Below, piece after piece: positions 1 to 10,239 of a stretch of 64,000 nt of DNA (position 1 is the stretch's first letter; the number at the start of each line of letters is the position of its first letter). Origin of the DNA: Pelagibacteraceae bacterium AG-430-I06 (GTDB taxonomy: Bacteria > Pseudomonadota > Alphaproteobacteria > Pelagibacterales > Pelagibacteraceae); NCBI GenBank assembly GCA_003209895.1, contig QCOH01000003.1, positions 20,144-84,143 on the forward strand, written 5' to 3'. Both the position numbers and the translations under genes were made by a program. The notes beneath the pieces were generated by a model, which did not search any database, was not told the DNA's origin, and was given only the letters and a program-made list of their open reading frames with translations.

Positions 1-645
1 TAGGGAAACGCTGAATTCATCTTCATCCTCTAAATAATTATTGTCACCTTTTTTACTTTCTTCATCATCTTTAGATTTACTATCCTTATCCTCATTCTTG
101 TCATTATCCTTTTGATCGGCAACTTTTGTTTTATCTTTTGATTTTTTGTTATCTTGTCCGCCTTCAAAATCCTCATAAGTAGAGTCAATATCAATTATAT
201 CTCTGACTAAAAGTTCTTCTTTTTCAAGGCTGTCTTTCCATTCAAAAATTTTTTTAGCAACTATAGGACTTTGAGTAAGAGCGTTGATCATTACATCTTT
301 GCCTGCTTCGATTCTTTTTGCTATTGCAATTTCACCTTCTCTTGATAAGAGCTCTACTCCTCCCATTTCTCTTAAGTACATTCTGATCGGGTCATCGCTT
401 TTGTCTGAAGATTTTTCTGTTTCACCTTGTGATGTTTCTCTCTTTTTGACTGGTTGATAATCCGATTTTTTTGCAACTAGAGAAATCTTATTATCAAAAA
501 TAACGATTATTGCTTTTTCTAAATTATCAGATGACTTACCCCTTTTACCTAATGACTTGCCAAGTTCCTCATAAGTTATGAAGCCCCGATGTACACCTTT
601 AGCTAAAAGTCTCTCAAATGATTTTGTGATTAGTTTTTCTTTCAT
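1..645 (-). CDS. rpoD: RNA polymerase sigma-70 factor RpoD, N-terminal part (gene continues beyond the left edge)
   Basis: Absent from the ORF track because it is open at the window edge. My translation of the minus strand from ATG 645..643 gives MKEKLITKSFERLLAKGVHRGFITYEEL...SDDPIRMYLREMGGVELLSREGEIAIAKRIEAGKDVM (sigma-70 regions 1.1/1.2). An acidic K/D/E-rich spacer follows, and the frame is open to position 1 (215 codons). It lies directly downstream of dnaG. Confidence 0.85.
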   Translation of the reverse strand, partial: MKEKLITKSFERLLAKGVHRGFITYEELGKSLGKRGKSSDNLEKAIIVIFDNKISLVAKKSDYQPVKKRETSQGETEKSSDKSDDPIRMYLREMGGVELLSREGEIAIAKRIEAGKDVMINALTQSPIVAKKIFEWKDSLEKEELLVRDIIDIDSTYEDFEGGQDNKKSKDKTKVADQKDNDKNEDKDSKSKDDEESKKGDNNYLEDEDEFSVSL

Positions 646-695
646 GAATTGATCATGTATATATATGTAGAAATTAAAAAAAATCTACAGCTAAA

Positions 696-2465
696 TTATT
701 CTTTGTTTATCTGCTTTTTTAACTCAATTAAGTCGGAATAAGATTTCTCATCAAAATTATCCATAAGTTTTTCTTCTAACGCATCGATTCTTTTTGAAAA
801 TTTAATTTCGTTTAACTCTTTGAGTATCTCGTTTAGAAGATCAACTTGTTGACTCTCATTTTTTTTAAGAAAAATATTTTTAATAACAGAATTTTGATTT
901 ATATCATCTATCAATTTAGAGTGTTTCTCCATAAAAGCTGGAATATTTTGTTTATTGAACTTTTCTTCAACGATGAGATCTAGTAACTCAGATTTGATAA
1001 TATTCAATTTTTTTGAAGAAAAGTTTATTTCCCTAAAAATTTCAACTCTTGGTGAAACAATTTTAGGATAATTAAACATTACATATAATATAGAGTATTC
1101 CTTAATCTCCTCTTTAGACAAATGTTCCCTAGCAATAGAAATTTTTTTTGTTTCTTGAAGTATTTTATAGCTTTTTGTATCTCTTTTATTACCAAACTTT
1201 TGTAATGGAGTTAAATTCCTAATTTTTTCTAAATAATTTTCAAAAATATGTTTTCTTAATGTTTCATCTTTTATTGATTGACATAAAAATTTAAATTTTT
1301 TTTCAAATTTAGTTATTGCAAATGGGTCTGATCTATCAAGATTTTTTAGATGTATATTCCAAATAAATTCTTCAATGGATAGGTTATTCGTGATAAGTTT
1401 TTCAAAATTATTTTTTCCTTTTTCCTTTATATAGTCATCAGGATCTAGTCCATTTGCAAGAGAAACAAAATATATTTTATTATTTTCCTGAATAAATTGA
1501 AAAAGATTTTCAGCTATGCGTAAAGCTGCTTTTTGTCCACTTGTGTCACCATCTAAACAAATTATTGGTTTTGAAAAAAATTTCCATATTAAGTTTATTT
1601 GGTTTTCTGTTAAGGCTATTCCAGAGTTCGATACAACATTTTTAATACCAGAAGAATAAATACTAATAACATCCATGTATCCTTCGACTACTATAACTTC
1701 CTGATTGTTGTTGGTAGAGGACTTTGCCTTATCAAGATTAAAAACATGTTTTCCCTTTTTATAAAATTCAGTCTCTGGAGAATTAATATATTTAGCAATT
1801 TTATTATCTTTAACAATTCTTCCACCGAAAGCTATTACGTCGCCAAGAATATTTTTTATAGGAAATATTATTCTTGAGTAAAACCTATTTACTATTTTAT
1901 TTGATTTTTCACTTCTGTAAAATAGACCGGTATCTAAAATTTCTTTCTCATTATATTTTTTCGACAATTCTAAAAAATAATTTGAGTTACCTGGAACAAA
2001 TCCTATTTGGAACTCTGAAATTATTTCATCGCTTATTCCTCTATTATTTAGATAGTCTTTTGGCGAAGAAACTTGTCTAAAAATAATTTTATGGTGATAC
2101 TCTGCATAATCTTTTAAAATATTTCTGTATATCTGATATCTTTTTTCTTTTTCAACATCAAAAGTTGTAAACCTAAAGGGTTGCATCCCGGCATCGGAGG
2201 CTAGCTGTCTCACGGCTTCACCAAATTTTAATGAACGTGTCTTCATCAAAAAATCAAATATATTGCCATGTTCTCCAGAGCTAAAACAATGATAGAAACC
2301 TTTTTCGTCGCTAACCGTAAAAGAAGGGGTTTTTTCATTTGTAAAAGGAGATAACCCAACAAATTCTTTCCCTCTCTTTTTTAATTTAACTGTTTTTCCT
2401 ACAATTTGTGAAACTTTTAACCTTAATTTAATTTCATCTAAATATTCTTTAGGATATTTCATCAT
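696..2465 (-). CDS. dnaG: DNA primase DnaG
   Basis: 589-aa ORF. Primase N-terminal motif NEKTPSFTV...YHCF (zinc ligands degenerate, see findings). TOPRIM-type EGYMDV and DGDTSGQKAA. Classical position upstream of rpoD. Confidence 0.93.
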   Translation of the reverse strand: MMKYPKEYLDEIKLRLKVSQIVGKTVKLKKRGKEFVGLSPFTNEKTPSFTVSDEKGFYHCFSSGEHGNIFDFLMKTRSLKFGEAVRQLASDAGMQPFRFTTFDVEKEKRYQIYRNILKDYAEYHHKIIFRQVSSPKDYLNNRGISDEIISEFQIGFVPGNSNYFLELSKKYNEKEILDTGLFYRSEKSNKIVNRFYSRIIFPIKNILGDVIAFGGRIVKDNKIAKYINSPETEFYKKGKHVFNLDKAKSSTNNNQEVIVVEGYMDVISIYSSGIKNVVSNSGIALTENQINLIWKFFSKPIICLDGDTSGQKAALRIAENLFQFIQENNKIYFVSLANGLDPDDYIKEKGKNNFEKLITNNLSIEEFIWNIHLKNLDRSDPFAITKFEKKFKFLCQSIKDETLRKHIFENYLEKIRNLTPLQKFGNKRDTKSYKILQETKKISIAREHLSKEEIKEYSILYVMFNYPKIVSPRVEIFREINFSSKKLNIIKSELLDLIVEEKFNKQNIPAFMEKHSKLIDDINQNSVIKNIFLKKNESQQVDLLNEILKELNEIKFSKRIDALEEKLMDNFDEKSYSDLIELKKQINKE

Positions 2466-2466
2466 T

Positions 2467-2925
2467 TTATTTTAACATCACCTTTAAAAATTGGCTTACT
2501 TTTGAAAAATCTAAAGAGTTGGCATTGTTTCCTTTTTTTAATTCTCCTATAACTTTTCCCATATCCTTTAGGGACTGGGCCTCAACTGACTTTATTACTT
2601 CTTCACAAATTTTTTTTGTTTCTGATTCGCCAAGCTGTTGAGGCAAAAATTCATTAATAATCTCAATCTCTTTGATCTCTTTCGATAAAAGTTCGTCTCT
2701 ACCTGCTTTTTTATAGGCTTCACATGAGTCGTTTCTCTGCTTTACCATTTTCTTGAGAAGATTTATCAACTCGCCATCTGGTAAATTCTCTTTATCTTTA
2801 ATTTTTTTAGCTATCATTGTGTCCTTAATTGCGGCAATAACCAGCCTAAGAGCAGAATATGTTTCTTTATCTTTGGATTTTAATGCTTCATTCAACTTAA
2901 TCTCTATTCTTTTCTGTAGGGACAT
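2467..2925 (-). CDS. GatB/YqeY domain protein
   Basis: 152-aa helical K/E-rich ORF with YqeY-like N-terminus (LKSKDKETYSALRLVIAAIKD). It ends 1 nt before the dnaG start. Confidence 0.75.
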   Translation of the reverse strand: MSLQKRIEIKLNEALKSKDKETYSALRLVIAAIKDTMIAKKIKDKENLPDGELINLLKKMVKQRNDSCEAYKKAGRDELLSKEIKEIEIINEFLPQQLGESETKKICEEVIKSVEAQSLKDMGKVIGELKKGNNANSLDFSKVSQFLKVMLK

Positions 2926-2975
2926 AATAATTATAAACTTACTTTAATCACATTTTTTCTTCAAAAGAAAAAAGA

Positions 2976-4256
2976 ATGGGGTTGACGATTGTTAACCTTT
3001 TTCATATAAGACGCAAAACCTTACTTAAAAGGTTTCCTTTAACTCATGAGTTGTATTTGAGACAGGCCCTAAAAAGAAAAAAAGATAAATCATATAATTT
3101 TTCTACAGGTATTTTAGTTTTTGAAGATGGGACCAAATTTCATGGTATTGGTCTTGGTTACGAAGGGAACGCTATTGGAGAAGTGTGTTTCAATACATCA
3201 ATAACAGGTTATCAAGAAATAATAACAGATCCATCTTATTCTGATCAAATAATAAATTTTACATTTCCACACATCGGAAACGTAGGTACAAACATTGAAG
3301 ACAATGAAGCAGATAAAGCTTGGGTTAAAGGAATTATTCTCAATTGCGGCATAACAGAGCCGTCCAATTATAGATCTATTAAAAATTTAGATATTTGGCT
3401 TAAAAAAAGAAAAATTGTAGGTATTTTTGGCTTAGATACTAGGGTGATAACTAATTATATAAGAGACGTAGGGGCGCCAAAAGGAACAATACAATTTTTG
3501 AAAAAAGGAAATCATAACGTCAAAGATTTATTAAATAAAGCAAGATCCTGGACTGGTCTTGAAGGATTAGATTTAGCTAAGAAAGTAACTTGTAACAAGC
3601 CGTATAAATGGATGTCTTTAAGGACCTGGGATAAAAAGAAAGGCTACACTAAAAATAAAAAAAATAAATACAAAATTATTGCAATTGATTACGGAATTAA
3701 AAGAAATCAATTAAGATGTTTTTCAGATATTGATTGTAGCGTCACTGTTGTTCCAGCTGATTTTCCTGCAGAAAAAATAGTAAAACTCAGACCTGACGGT
3801 GTATTTTTGTCAAATGGTCCTGGAGATCCAGCAGCAACTGGAAAATATGCTATACCAATAGTAAGAAAATTAATTGAAAAAAAAATACCCATCTTTGGGA
3901 TATGTCTTGGTCACCAGATTTTATCTTTAGCGCTAGGGGCAAAAACAAAAAAAATGTTACTTGGGCATAGGGGCGCAAATCATCCTGTGAAGAATTTAAT
4001 AACTGACAAAGTTGAAATCACAAGTCAAAATCATGGTTTTGAAGTGGACTTAAAATCTATTCCTAAAAAAGTTAAAGTTACACATAAATCACTATTTGAT
4101 GCATCTGTAGAGGGGATAGAGGTAAAAGAAAAAAAATTGTTTTCAGTTCAATATCATCCAGAAGCAAACCCTGGTCCTCAAGACAGTAAATATTTATTTG
4201 AAAAATTTTTAAACAATATTAGGAAAAGAAAAAATGGGAAAAAGAAAAGATATTAA
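2976..4256 (+). CDS. carA: Carbamoyl-phosphate synthase small (glutaminase) subunit
   Basis: [18 protein letters not shown]-terminal CPSase motif. Class-I GATase triad GICLGHQ ... QYHPE. Overlaps carB by 23 nt. The N-terminus is about 35 aa longer than usual, so the true start may be a downstream non-ATG codon. Confidence 0.92.
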   Translation: MGLTIVNLFHIRRKTLLKRFPLTHELYLRQALKRKKDKSYNFSTGILVFEDGTKFHGIGLGYEGNAIGEVCFNTSITGYQEIITDPSYSDQIINFTFPHIGNVGTNIEDNEADKAWVKGIILNCGITEPSNYRSIKNLDIWLKKRKIVGIFGLDTRVITNYIRDVGAPKGTIQFLKKGNHNVKDLLNKARSWTGLEGLDLAKKVTCNKPYKWMSLRTWDKKKGYTKNKKNKYKIIAIDYGIKRNQLRCFSDIDCSVTVVPADFPAEKIVKLRPDGVFLSNGPGDPAATGKYAIPIVRKLIEKKIPIFGICLGHQILSLALGAKTKKMLLGHRGANHPVKNLITDKVEITSQNHGFEVDLKSIPKKVKVTHKSLFDASVEGIEVKEKKLFSVQYHPEANPGPQDSKYLFEKFLNNIRKRKNGKKKRY

Positions 4257-7200
4257 AAAAATTTTAGTTATAGGAGCTGGCCCTATAGTTATTGGCCAAG
4301 CTTGTGAATTTGATTATTCAGGTACGCAAGCATGTAAAGCTTTAAAAGATGAAGGTTATAAAGTAATTTTAATAAATTCTAATCCAGCAACAATTATGAC
4401 TGATCCAGATGTTGCGGACAAAACATATATTGAGCCCATAACTTTAAAAATTCTTGAAAAAATATTAATTAAAGAAAAACCAGATGCAATTCTTCCTACC
4501 ATGGGAGGTCAGACAGCTTTAAATTTGGCTATGGAAGCGGAGAAAAAAGGTTTTCTTAAAAAATATAAAATTGAACTTATAGGTGCAAACTCTAGAGCTA
4601 TTTCAAACGCAGAGGATAGAAAAAAATTTAGAAAAAATATGCTTGATATTGGTTTAGACCTACCTAAATCAAAAATCGTAAACAATGCTAATCAAGCAAC
4701 CAAAGTTTTAAAACAAATCGGACTTCCTGCAATAATAAGGCCTGCTTTTACACTTGGAGGTCTCGGAGGAGGTATAGCGAAGAATAAAAAAGAATTTTTA
4801 AAAATTTTAAAAAATGGACTACTTGAATCACCTGTTAGCCAAGTATTGGTCGAGGAATGTTTGGAAGGATGGAAAGAGTTTGAGATGGAGGTCGTAAGAG
4901 ATAAAAAAGATAATTGTATTATTATTTGTTCAATTGAAAATGTAGATCCTATGGGAATTCATACTGGAGACTCAGTAACTATTGCTCCAGCATTAACTCT
5001 TACAGATAAAGAGTATCAGGTAATGAGAAATGCTTCGATTGCATGTTTAAGAAAAATAGGAGTAGAAACTGGAGGATCAAATGTACAATTCGCCATAAAT
5101 CCTAAAGATGGAAGAATGGTCATCATAGAAATGAACCCAAGAGTTTCAAGATCTTCCGCTTTAGCATCAAAGGCTACTGGATTTCCAATTGCTAAGGTAG
5201 CTGCTAAACTTGCTGTAGGATATACTTTAGATGAACTAAATAATGAGATAACAAAAGTTACTCCAGCTTCTTTTGAGCCAACAATTGATTATGTAGTAAC
5301 GAAAATTCCAAGATTTACCTTTGAAAAATTTTCAACTTCTGCTGCAGTTTTAGGGACATCAATGAAATCTGTTGGGGAAGCAATGGCAATAGGAAGAAAC
5401 TTTAAAGAATCCTTACAAAAAGCATTAGTATCCCTTGAAACAGGTTTCTCGGGTTTAGATCAAATATTTAATTTAAATAAAAAGCAGATTGAAAAAAAAC
5501 TTAAAGAAAACGTTCCAAACAAAATATTGCTTGTGGGTGAAGCTATTAGAAAAAAAATTAATATAAAAAAAATACATTCTTTATCTAAAATTGATCCATG
5601 GTTTTTATGTCAGATAAAAGAAATTATTGACTCCGAAAATAAAATTAAAAAAAGTGGTCTTCCAAAAACATTTAATGAATTTAATTATATTAAGTCAATT
5701 GGTTTTTCAGATAAAAAGTTATCAGAACTTACCAGTATATCGGAGAAAGTGGTCAGAAAAAAAAGATCAGCTCTAAAAATTTTACCCGTTTATAAAAAAG
5801 TTGACACTTGTGCTTCAGAATTTAAATCTTTTACGCCCTACATGTATTCTACATATCAAAGAAATTTTTTCGTTAATTCAGAGTGTGAGTCACAACCTTC
5901 TAATAGAAAAAAAATTATTATACTTGGCGGGGGTCCCAACAGGATTGGTCAAGGTATTGAATTTGATTATTGTTGCTGCCAAGCGAGTTTTGCCCTTAAG
6001 GAAGCGAAATATGAGACCATAATGGTTAATTGTAACCCAGAGACTGTCTCTACGGATTATGACACGAGTGACCGTCTCTATTTCGAGCCTTTAATAGAGG
6101 AATATGTTTTTAATATAATTCAAAAAGAAAAATCAAAAGGAAACTTAATTGGAATAATCGCTCAGTTTGGTGGTCAGACACCTATCAAGCTTGCAAAATT
6201 TTTAAATGAAAATAAATTGCCAATTTTAGGAACACAATATTCATCTATAGATTTAGCAGAGGATAGAGACAGATTTAGAAATCTTTTAAGTAAGTTAAAT
6301 TTGAAACAAGCTGAAAGTGGAATTGCTAAAACATTTCCACAAGCTTTGAAAATTGCTAATAGAATTGGGTTGCCTTTAATGGTTAGGCCCTCTTACGTTT
6401 TAGGTGGTAGAGCTATGGAAATTGTATATGAAAGAAGACAGCTTAAAAAATTTGTTCAAGAAGCCTTTAGAGCAGCAGAAAAAAATCCAATTTTGATCGA
6501 TAAATTTATAGACCACGCAATGGAAGTGGACGTAGATGCAATATCTGACGGTAAAAAAGTATTTGTGGCTGGGATCATGCAACATATAGAAGAGGCCGGC
6601 ATTCATTCTGGTGACTCTGCTTGTAGCCTTCCACCTGTATCTATAAAACATTTTTTAATAAAAGAAATTGAAAGCCAAACTAGAAAATTAGCTTTGGCTT
6701 TAAAAGTAAAAGGCTTAATGAATATTCAGTTTGCTATTAAACAAGATGAAATATTTGTTATAGAAGTAAATCCAAGAGCTAGTAGAACAATCCCATTCGT
6801 TTCGAAAGCAAAAAATCTTCCTTATGCAAAAATTGCTTCCAGAATAATGGCGGGAGAAAAGCTATCTAATTTTAACTTGAGAAGTAAAAATAAAAAAATG
6901 TTTGCAGTTAAAGAAGCAGTATTTCCATTTAATAAATTTCCTAATAGTGATCTGTTACTCGGACCAGAAATGAAATCAACCGGAGAGGTTATGGGATTTG
7001 ATAAAGATTTTGGAATGGCTTTTGCTAAAAGTCAAATCGCAGCATCCAACTCTCTTCCCACAAAAGGATTGGCTTTCATTTCTTTAAAAAATAGCCATAA
7101 AGAAGAGGGCGTCAAATTAGCAAGACAATTAGTAAAGTTAAATTTTAAGCTTTGTGCAACTTCTGGAACTGCAAAATATATAAATGGTAAAGGTATAAAA

Positions 7201-7458
7201 TGTAAAAAAATTAATAAAGTTTATCAAGGATCTCCTCATATTGTTGATGTGCTTAATTCAAAAAAAATAGCTTTAGTAATTAATACTGGAGGAGGCAAGA
7301 GTGAAAACCAGATAAGTGACGCCATAGCTCTAAGAAGAGCAACTTTGGCTAATAAGGTACCTTATTGCACAAATATGTCGACAGCTCTTGTATGTATTGA
7401 GGGTATAAAATCTTTGAACTCAAAGAATATGAAAGTAACTTCTCTTCAAGAAATTTAG
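4234..7458 (+). CDS. carB: Carbamoyl-phosphate synthase large subunit
   Basis: 1074 aa. Duplicated ATP-grasp halves ([17 protein letters not shown] and [17 protein letters not shown]; two [13 protein letters not shown] motifs). MGS-like C-terminal domain. Confidence 0.97.
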   Translation: MGKRKDIKKILVIGAGPIVIGQACEFDYSGTQACKALKDEGYKVILINSNPATIMTDPDVADKTYIEPITLKILEKILIKEKPDAILPTMGGQTALNLAMEAEKKGFLKKYKIELIGANSRAISNAEDRKKFRKNMLDIGLDLPKSKIVNNANQATKVLKQIGLPAIIRPAFTLGGLGGGIAKNKKEFLKILKNGLLESPVSQVLVEECLEGWKEFEMEVVRDKKDNCIIICSIENVDPMGIHTGDSVTIAPALTLTDKEYQVMRNASIACLRKIGVETGGSNVQFAINPKDGRMVIIEMNPRVSRSSALASKATGFPIAKVAAKLAVGYTLDELNNEITKVTPASFEPTIDYVVTKIPRFTFEKFSTSAAVLGTSMKSVGEAMAIGRNFKESLQKALVSLETGFSGLDQIFNLNKKQIEKKLKENVPNKILLVGEAIRKKINIKKIHSLSKIDPWFLCQIKEIIDSENKIKKSGLPKTFNEFNYIKSIGFSDKKLSELTSISEKVVRKKRSALKILPVYKKVDTCASEFKSFTPYMYSTYQRNFFVNSECESQPSNRKKIIILGGGPNRIGQGIEFDYCCCQASFALKEAKYETIMVNCNPETVSTDYDTSDRLYFEPLIEEYVFNIIQKEKSKGNLIGIIAQFGGQTPIKLAKFLNENKLPILGTQYSSIDLAEDRDRFRNLLSKLNLKQAESGIAKTFPQALKIANRIGLPLMVRPSYVLGGRAMEIVYERRQLKKFVQEAFRAAEKNPILIDKFIDHAMEVDVDAISDGKKVFVAGIMQHIEEAGIHSGDSACSLPPVSIKHFLIKEIESQTRKLALALKVKGLMNIQFAIKQDEIFVIEVNPRASRTIPFVSKAKNLPYAKIASRIMAGEKLSNFNLRSKNKKMFAVKEAVFPFNKFPNSDLLLGPEMKSTGEVMGFDKDFGMAFAKSQIAASNSLPTKGLAFISLKNSHKEEGVKLARQLVKLNFKLCATSGTAKYINGKGIKCKKINKVYQGSPHIVDVLNSKKIALVINTGGGKSENQISDAIALRRATLANKVPYCTNMSTALVCIEGIKSLNSKNMKVTSLQEI

Positions 7459-7646
7459 GCGCTGCAACTCATATCTTGGCCACAACATAAAGGTGATTTT
7501 ATTTTTCCATGATCATTAGGACATTTAGATATTTGAACCTTTTTACCATCACCTGGTTTTAAAAAATCATTTACTAGTGGAGTATCGCATTTGCCGCAAG
7601 TCGCGTTAACAGACATTCCGCATTTTGAACATTCGTAAGTAGCCAT
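7455..7646 (-). CDS. Hypothetical 63-aa cysteine-rich protein (putative metal-binding zinc-ribbon-like)
   Basis: [24 protein letters not shown]...[21 protein letters not shown]. It has 8 Cys and 1 His, including CxxC-x7-CxxC. It starts 17 nt after the upstream ORF on the same strand. Its stop codon shares bases with the carB stop (TTAG). Confidence 0.6.
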   Translation of the reverse strand: MATYECSKCGMSVNATCGKCDTPLVNDFLKPGDGKKVQISKCPNDHGKIKSPLCCGQDMSCSA

Positions 7647-7663
7647 ATAAATATACTATACTA

Positions 7664-8329
7664 TTAAATTTCTACTTTCCAATCAGTTTCAAATGAAACA
7701 TAGTTGATTTGTATACAACGTCTCTCTTTTTTGATCTCTTTTTTCTCCATACCATGCCAAGTATTTGGACCGCTAGAAAAAAAATAACCATAATTATCTT
7801 TATAAGGAACTGTTTTAACTTTTTTTAGTTTTTCATCATAAAAATCAGTGCCCAAATTTTCTGATTCATTAAAAGGATTTATAAATATAAGAGATGATAA
7901 AAGTTTTTCTTTTATGTCGCAATGGGGCTTGAGCCAAAAACCTTGTCTGTCACAAATTACTTCAAGTCTGACATAAGAATTTGAAAGATCTTTTTTTATT
8001 AATTTGCCAATATGCTTGTAAACATTTTTTGAGCATAATTCATTTATAAACTTTGAAAGTTGGGGAAAATTTTTTGAATTTTCTTTGTTCACAAAACATC
8101 TGTATTTTTTTGCTTTTCCTCCGGATTTTATCCCCTCTCTAAATTTTCCCTCTCCGCCATCAATTGCTCTTGTACCGTCATATTCTAGCCCATCATTTAT
8201 AGGATTTGAAATTTCTGCATTACAAACTTCTTTGATTGCTAGATCGGTTAAAGGTTTATTGATCGCCCAATGCTGAAAGGGCTTTTCATAAGTTTCGAGT
8301 CTTGTCTTTAGCGAATTAAATAATTCCAT
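7664..8329 (-). CDS. Putative 2-oxoglutarate/Fe(II)-dependent oxygenase superfamily protein
   Basis: 221 aa. Facial-triad-like H136-x-D138 (KPHCD), distal H192 (NTWHG) and R203/R204 about 10 residues later. N-terminal PFQHWAINKPL resembles the PF-H-x-x-I-x-N-x-L start of small 2OG oxygenases. Motif-level call only. Confidence 0.55.
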   Translation of the reverse strand: MELFNSLKTRLETYEKPFQHWAINKPLTDLAIKEVCNAEISNPINDGLEYDGTRAIDGGEGKFREGIKSGGKAKKYRCFVNKENSKNFPQLSKFINELCSKNVYKHIGKLIKKDLSNSYVRLEVICDRQGFWLKPHCDIKEKLLSSLIFINPFNESENLGTDFYDEKLKKVKTVPYKDNYGYFFSSGPNTWHGMEKKEIKKERRCIQINYVSFETDWKVEI

Positions 8330-9266
8330 TTTTTTTCATCTTTTCTTTAACTAAAGTAGCTGCAATATTTACTTCGTCTAACCCCTTGTAGTTCCAGCTT
8401 TCGATTTTATCATCCAAGTTTCTTATTATACCAAGATCTTTAAATAATTTGTAAAATTTTTCAAATCTATAAATACTTTTTTTATTAGCCATTTGAGCTA
8501 TATATATTGGTTTACCTGTGATAGCAGCTTCGGAAATCATTGATGTTGAGTCGCAAGTTACAATAATAATATCTGCTAGACCTAAAGAGGATAGGTATGC
8601 TTTTTTATCTCTTTCTTTAATAACTAGATGATCAAGATTAAAATAATTGAAGGCTAGTTTTACAATATTTTCCGGAGTTCTATAGGAGGGTATAACTATA
8701 AGTTTATATTTTGAGGAAATAAACATGTTTTTAATTTTTGAAAAAATTTTTTCCATCTGCTTTTCTGAAAAACTATAATATTTATTTGGGCCACCAAGTA
8801 TTAATGTTACAATTTTTTTATCAGCCTGATTTATTTTTAAATATTTAATATTTTGTTTGATCTCATCATTTGTGAGGTAATGTATAGCTCCTTTTGTTTT
8901 AATTACATTTTCTCCATTTATATCATCATGTTCTGGGGAAATTATCGCGTCAAAATTTTTAAGATTAACTTTAGGATTTTGAATGTGAATATTGAAGATA
9001 TTTTCTTTAAATCTTTTTTTTAAAAGAATAGATGGAACTACACTTTTTCTCCCGCAGGAAATTACGACTTTGCAATCACAAATAAATTTTTTTTTTAAAA
9101 TATTATCTGTCACAGGTGTTAGTTTTGGAGGTATAAAATCCCAAAATTTTTTTAGTTCAATATTTTCGTGTTTGAAGCCTAAACCTAGGGCTTTAGCTAA
9201 GCCTTCAACCTGACTTATCATGCCGTGCATACCCTGGGTTAAAAGAAGTGCTTTTAATTTTAACAT
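8316..9266 (-). CDS. ELM1 / DUF1022 (mitochondrial-fission ELM1-like, glycosyltransferase-B-like fold) family protein
   Basis: 316 aa. LLTQGMHGMISQVEGLAKALGL, LILGGPNKYYSF, IPSYRTPE and VTCDSTSMISEAAITGKPIYI match my recollection of the alphaproteobacterial ELM1-family pattern. Overlaps the downstream oxygenase-like gene by 14 nt. Confidence 0.7.
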   Translation of the reverse strand: MLKLKALLLTQGMHGMISQVEGLAKALGLGFKHENIELKKFWDFIPPKLTPVTDNILKKKFICDCKVVISCGRKSVVPSILLKKRFKENIFNIHIQNPKVNLKNFDAIISPEHDDINGENVIKTKGAIHYLTNDEIKQNIKYLKINQADKKIVTLILGGPNKYYSFSEKQMEKIFSKIKNMFISSKYKLIVIPSYRTPENIVKLAFNYFNLDHLVIKERDKKAYLSSLGLADIIIVTCDSTSMISEAAITGKPIYIAQMANKKSIYRFEKFYKLFKDLGIIRNLDDKIESWNYKGLDEVNIAATLVKEKMKKNGII

Positions 9267-9291
9267 TTATAACTATATATCTATATTAATT

Positions 9292-10239
9292 ATGAATAAT
9301 AAGTCTACTAAACATACAAAAGTGTTGATTCTTGGATCTGGGCCAGCAGGGTATACAGCTGCAATTTATGCTGCAAGAGCAATGTTGAAGCCTATTTTAG
9401 TATTTGGGTCTGAACCTGGAGGACAATTAACTACAACTACCGATGTTGAGAACTTCCCTGGATATTCAAAAGTTATTCAAGGTCCTTGGCTAATGGAAGA
9501 AATGAAAGGCCAAGCAAAAGCTGTTGGAACAGAAATGATAGAAGACCATATTAAAAAAGTTAATCTTTCAAAAAAACCTTTTGAAGCCATTGGAGATAGT
9601 GGTCAAGTTTATACCGCAGATAGTTTTATTATTTCTACAGGAGCTCAAGCAAGATGGTTAAATTTAAAATCAGAACAGGAATTTAGAGGATTTGGTGTTT
9701 CAGCATGTGCAACTTGTGATGGTTTCTTTTTTAAAGAAAAAGAAGTTGCTGTTGTTGGAGGAGGAAATGCTGCAGTTGAAGAAGCAATGTTTTTAACAAA
9801 GTTCGCATCTAAAGTTAAACTAATTCATAGAAGAAATGAATTAAGGGCCGAAAAAATGCTTCAAGCAAAATTAAAGGCAAATAAAAAAATTGAAATTATA
9901 TGGGATAGTGTTGTTGAGGACGTTATCGGAGATACTAAGCCAAAATCAGTTAGGGCTATCAAAATTAAAAATGTAAAAACAAATAAGACTACTGAATTAA
10001 AAATTGATGGACTTTTTATAGCAATAGGTCATGACCCAGCCACATCACTTTTTAAGGGTCAATTAAATATGGATAAAGAGGGATATATCGTAACCAATCC
10101 TGACTCTACAATAACTAATGTTCCGGGAGTTTTTGCAGCTGGCGATGTTAAAGACAAAATATTCAGGCAGGCAGTCACTGCAGCAGGAATGGGTTGTATG
10201 GCTGCACTTGAAGCTGAAAAACATTTGTCATCAAAATGA
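9292..10239 (+). CDS. trxB: Thioredoxin-disulfide reductase
   Basis: VLILGSGPAGYTAAIYAAR (FAD), redox-active CATCDG, GGGNAAVEEA (NADPH), GVFAAGDV. I moved the start from the track ORF (9220) to ATG 9292. The first 24 codons are not TrxB-like and overlap the divergent neighbour. Confidence 0.93.
   Translation: MNNKSTKHTKVLILGSGPAGYTAAIYAARAMLKPILVFGSEPGGQLTTTTDVENFPGYSKVIQGPWLMEEMKGQAKAVGTEMIEDHIKKVNLSKKPFEAIGDSGQVYTADSFIISTGAQARWLNLKSEQEFRGFGVSACATCDGFFFKEKEVAVVGGGNAAVEEAMFLTKFASKVKLIHRRNELRAEKMLQAKLKANKKIEIIWDSVVEDVIGDTKPKSVRAIKIKNVKTNKTTELKIDGLFIAIGHDPATSLFKGQLNMDKEGYIVTNPDSTITNVPGVFAAGDVKDKIFRQAVTAAGMGCMAALEAEKHLSSK

Noticed and set aside
650-695. A dif-like or hairpin element in the dnaG-rpoD spacer (TCATGTATATATATGTAGAAAT, and the inverted repeat TGTAGA-N12-TCTACA at 666-689).
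   Set aside because: It only partly resembles the XerCD dif core, and this is an implausible location for a terminus site. The 6-bp AT-rich stem with a 12-nt loop is too weak to call a terminator or processing site.
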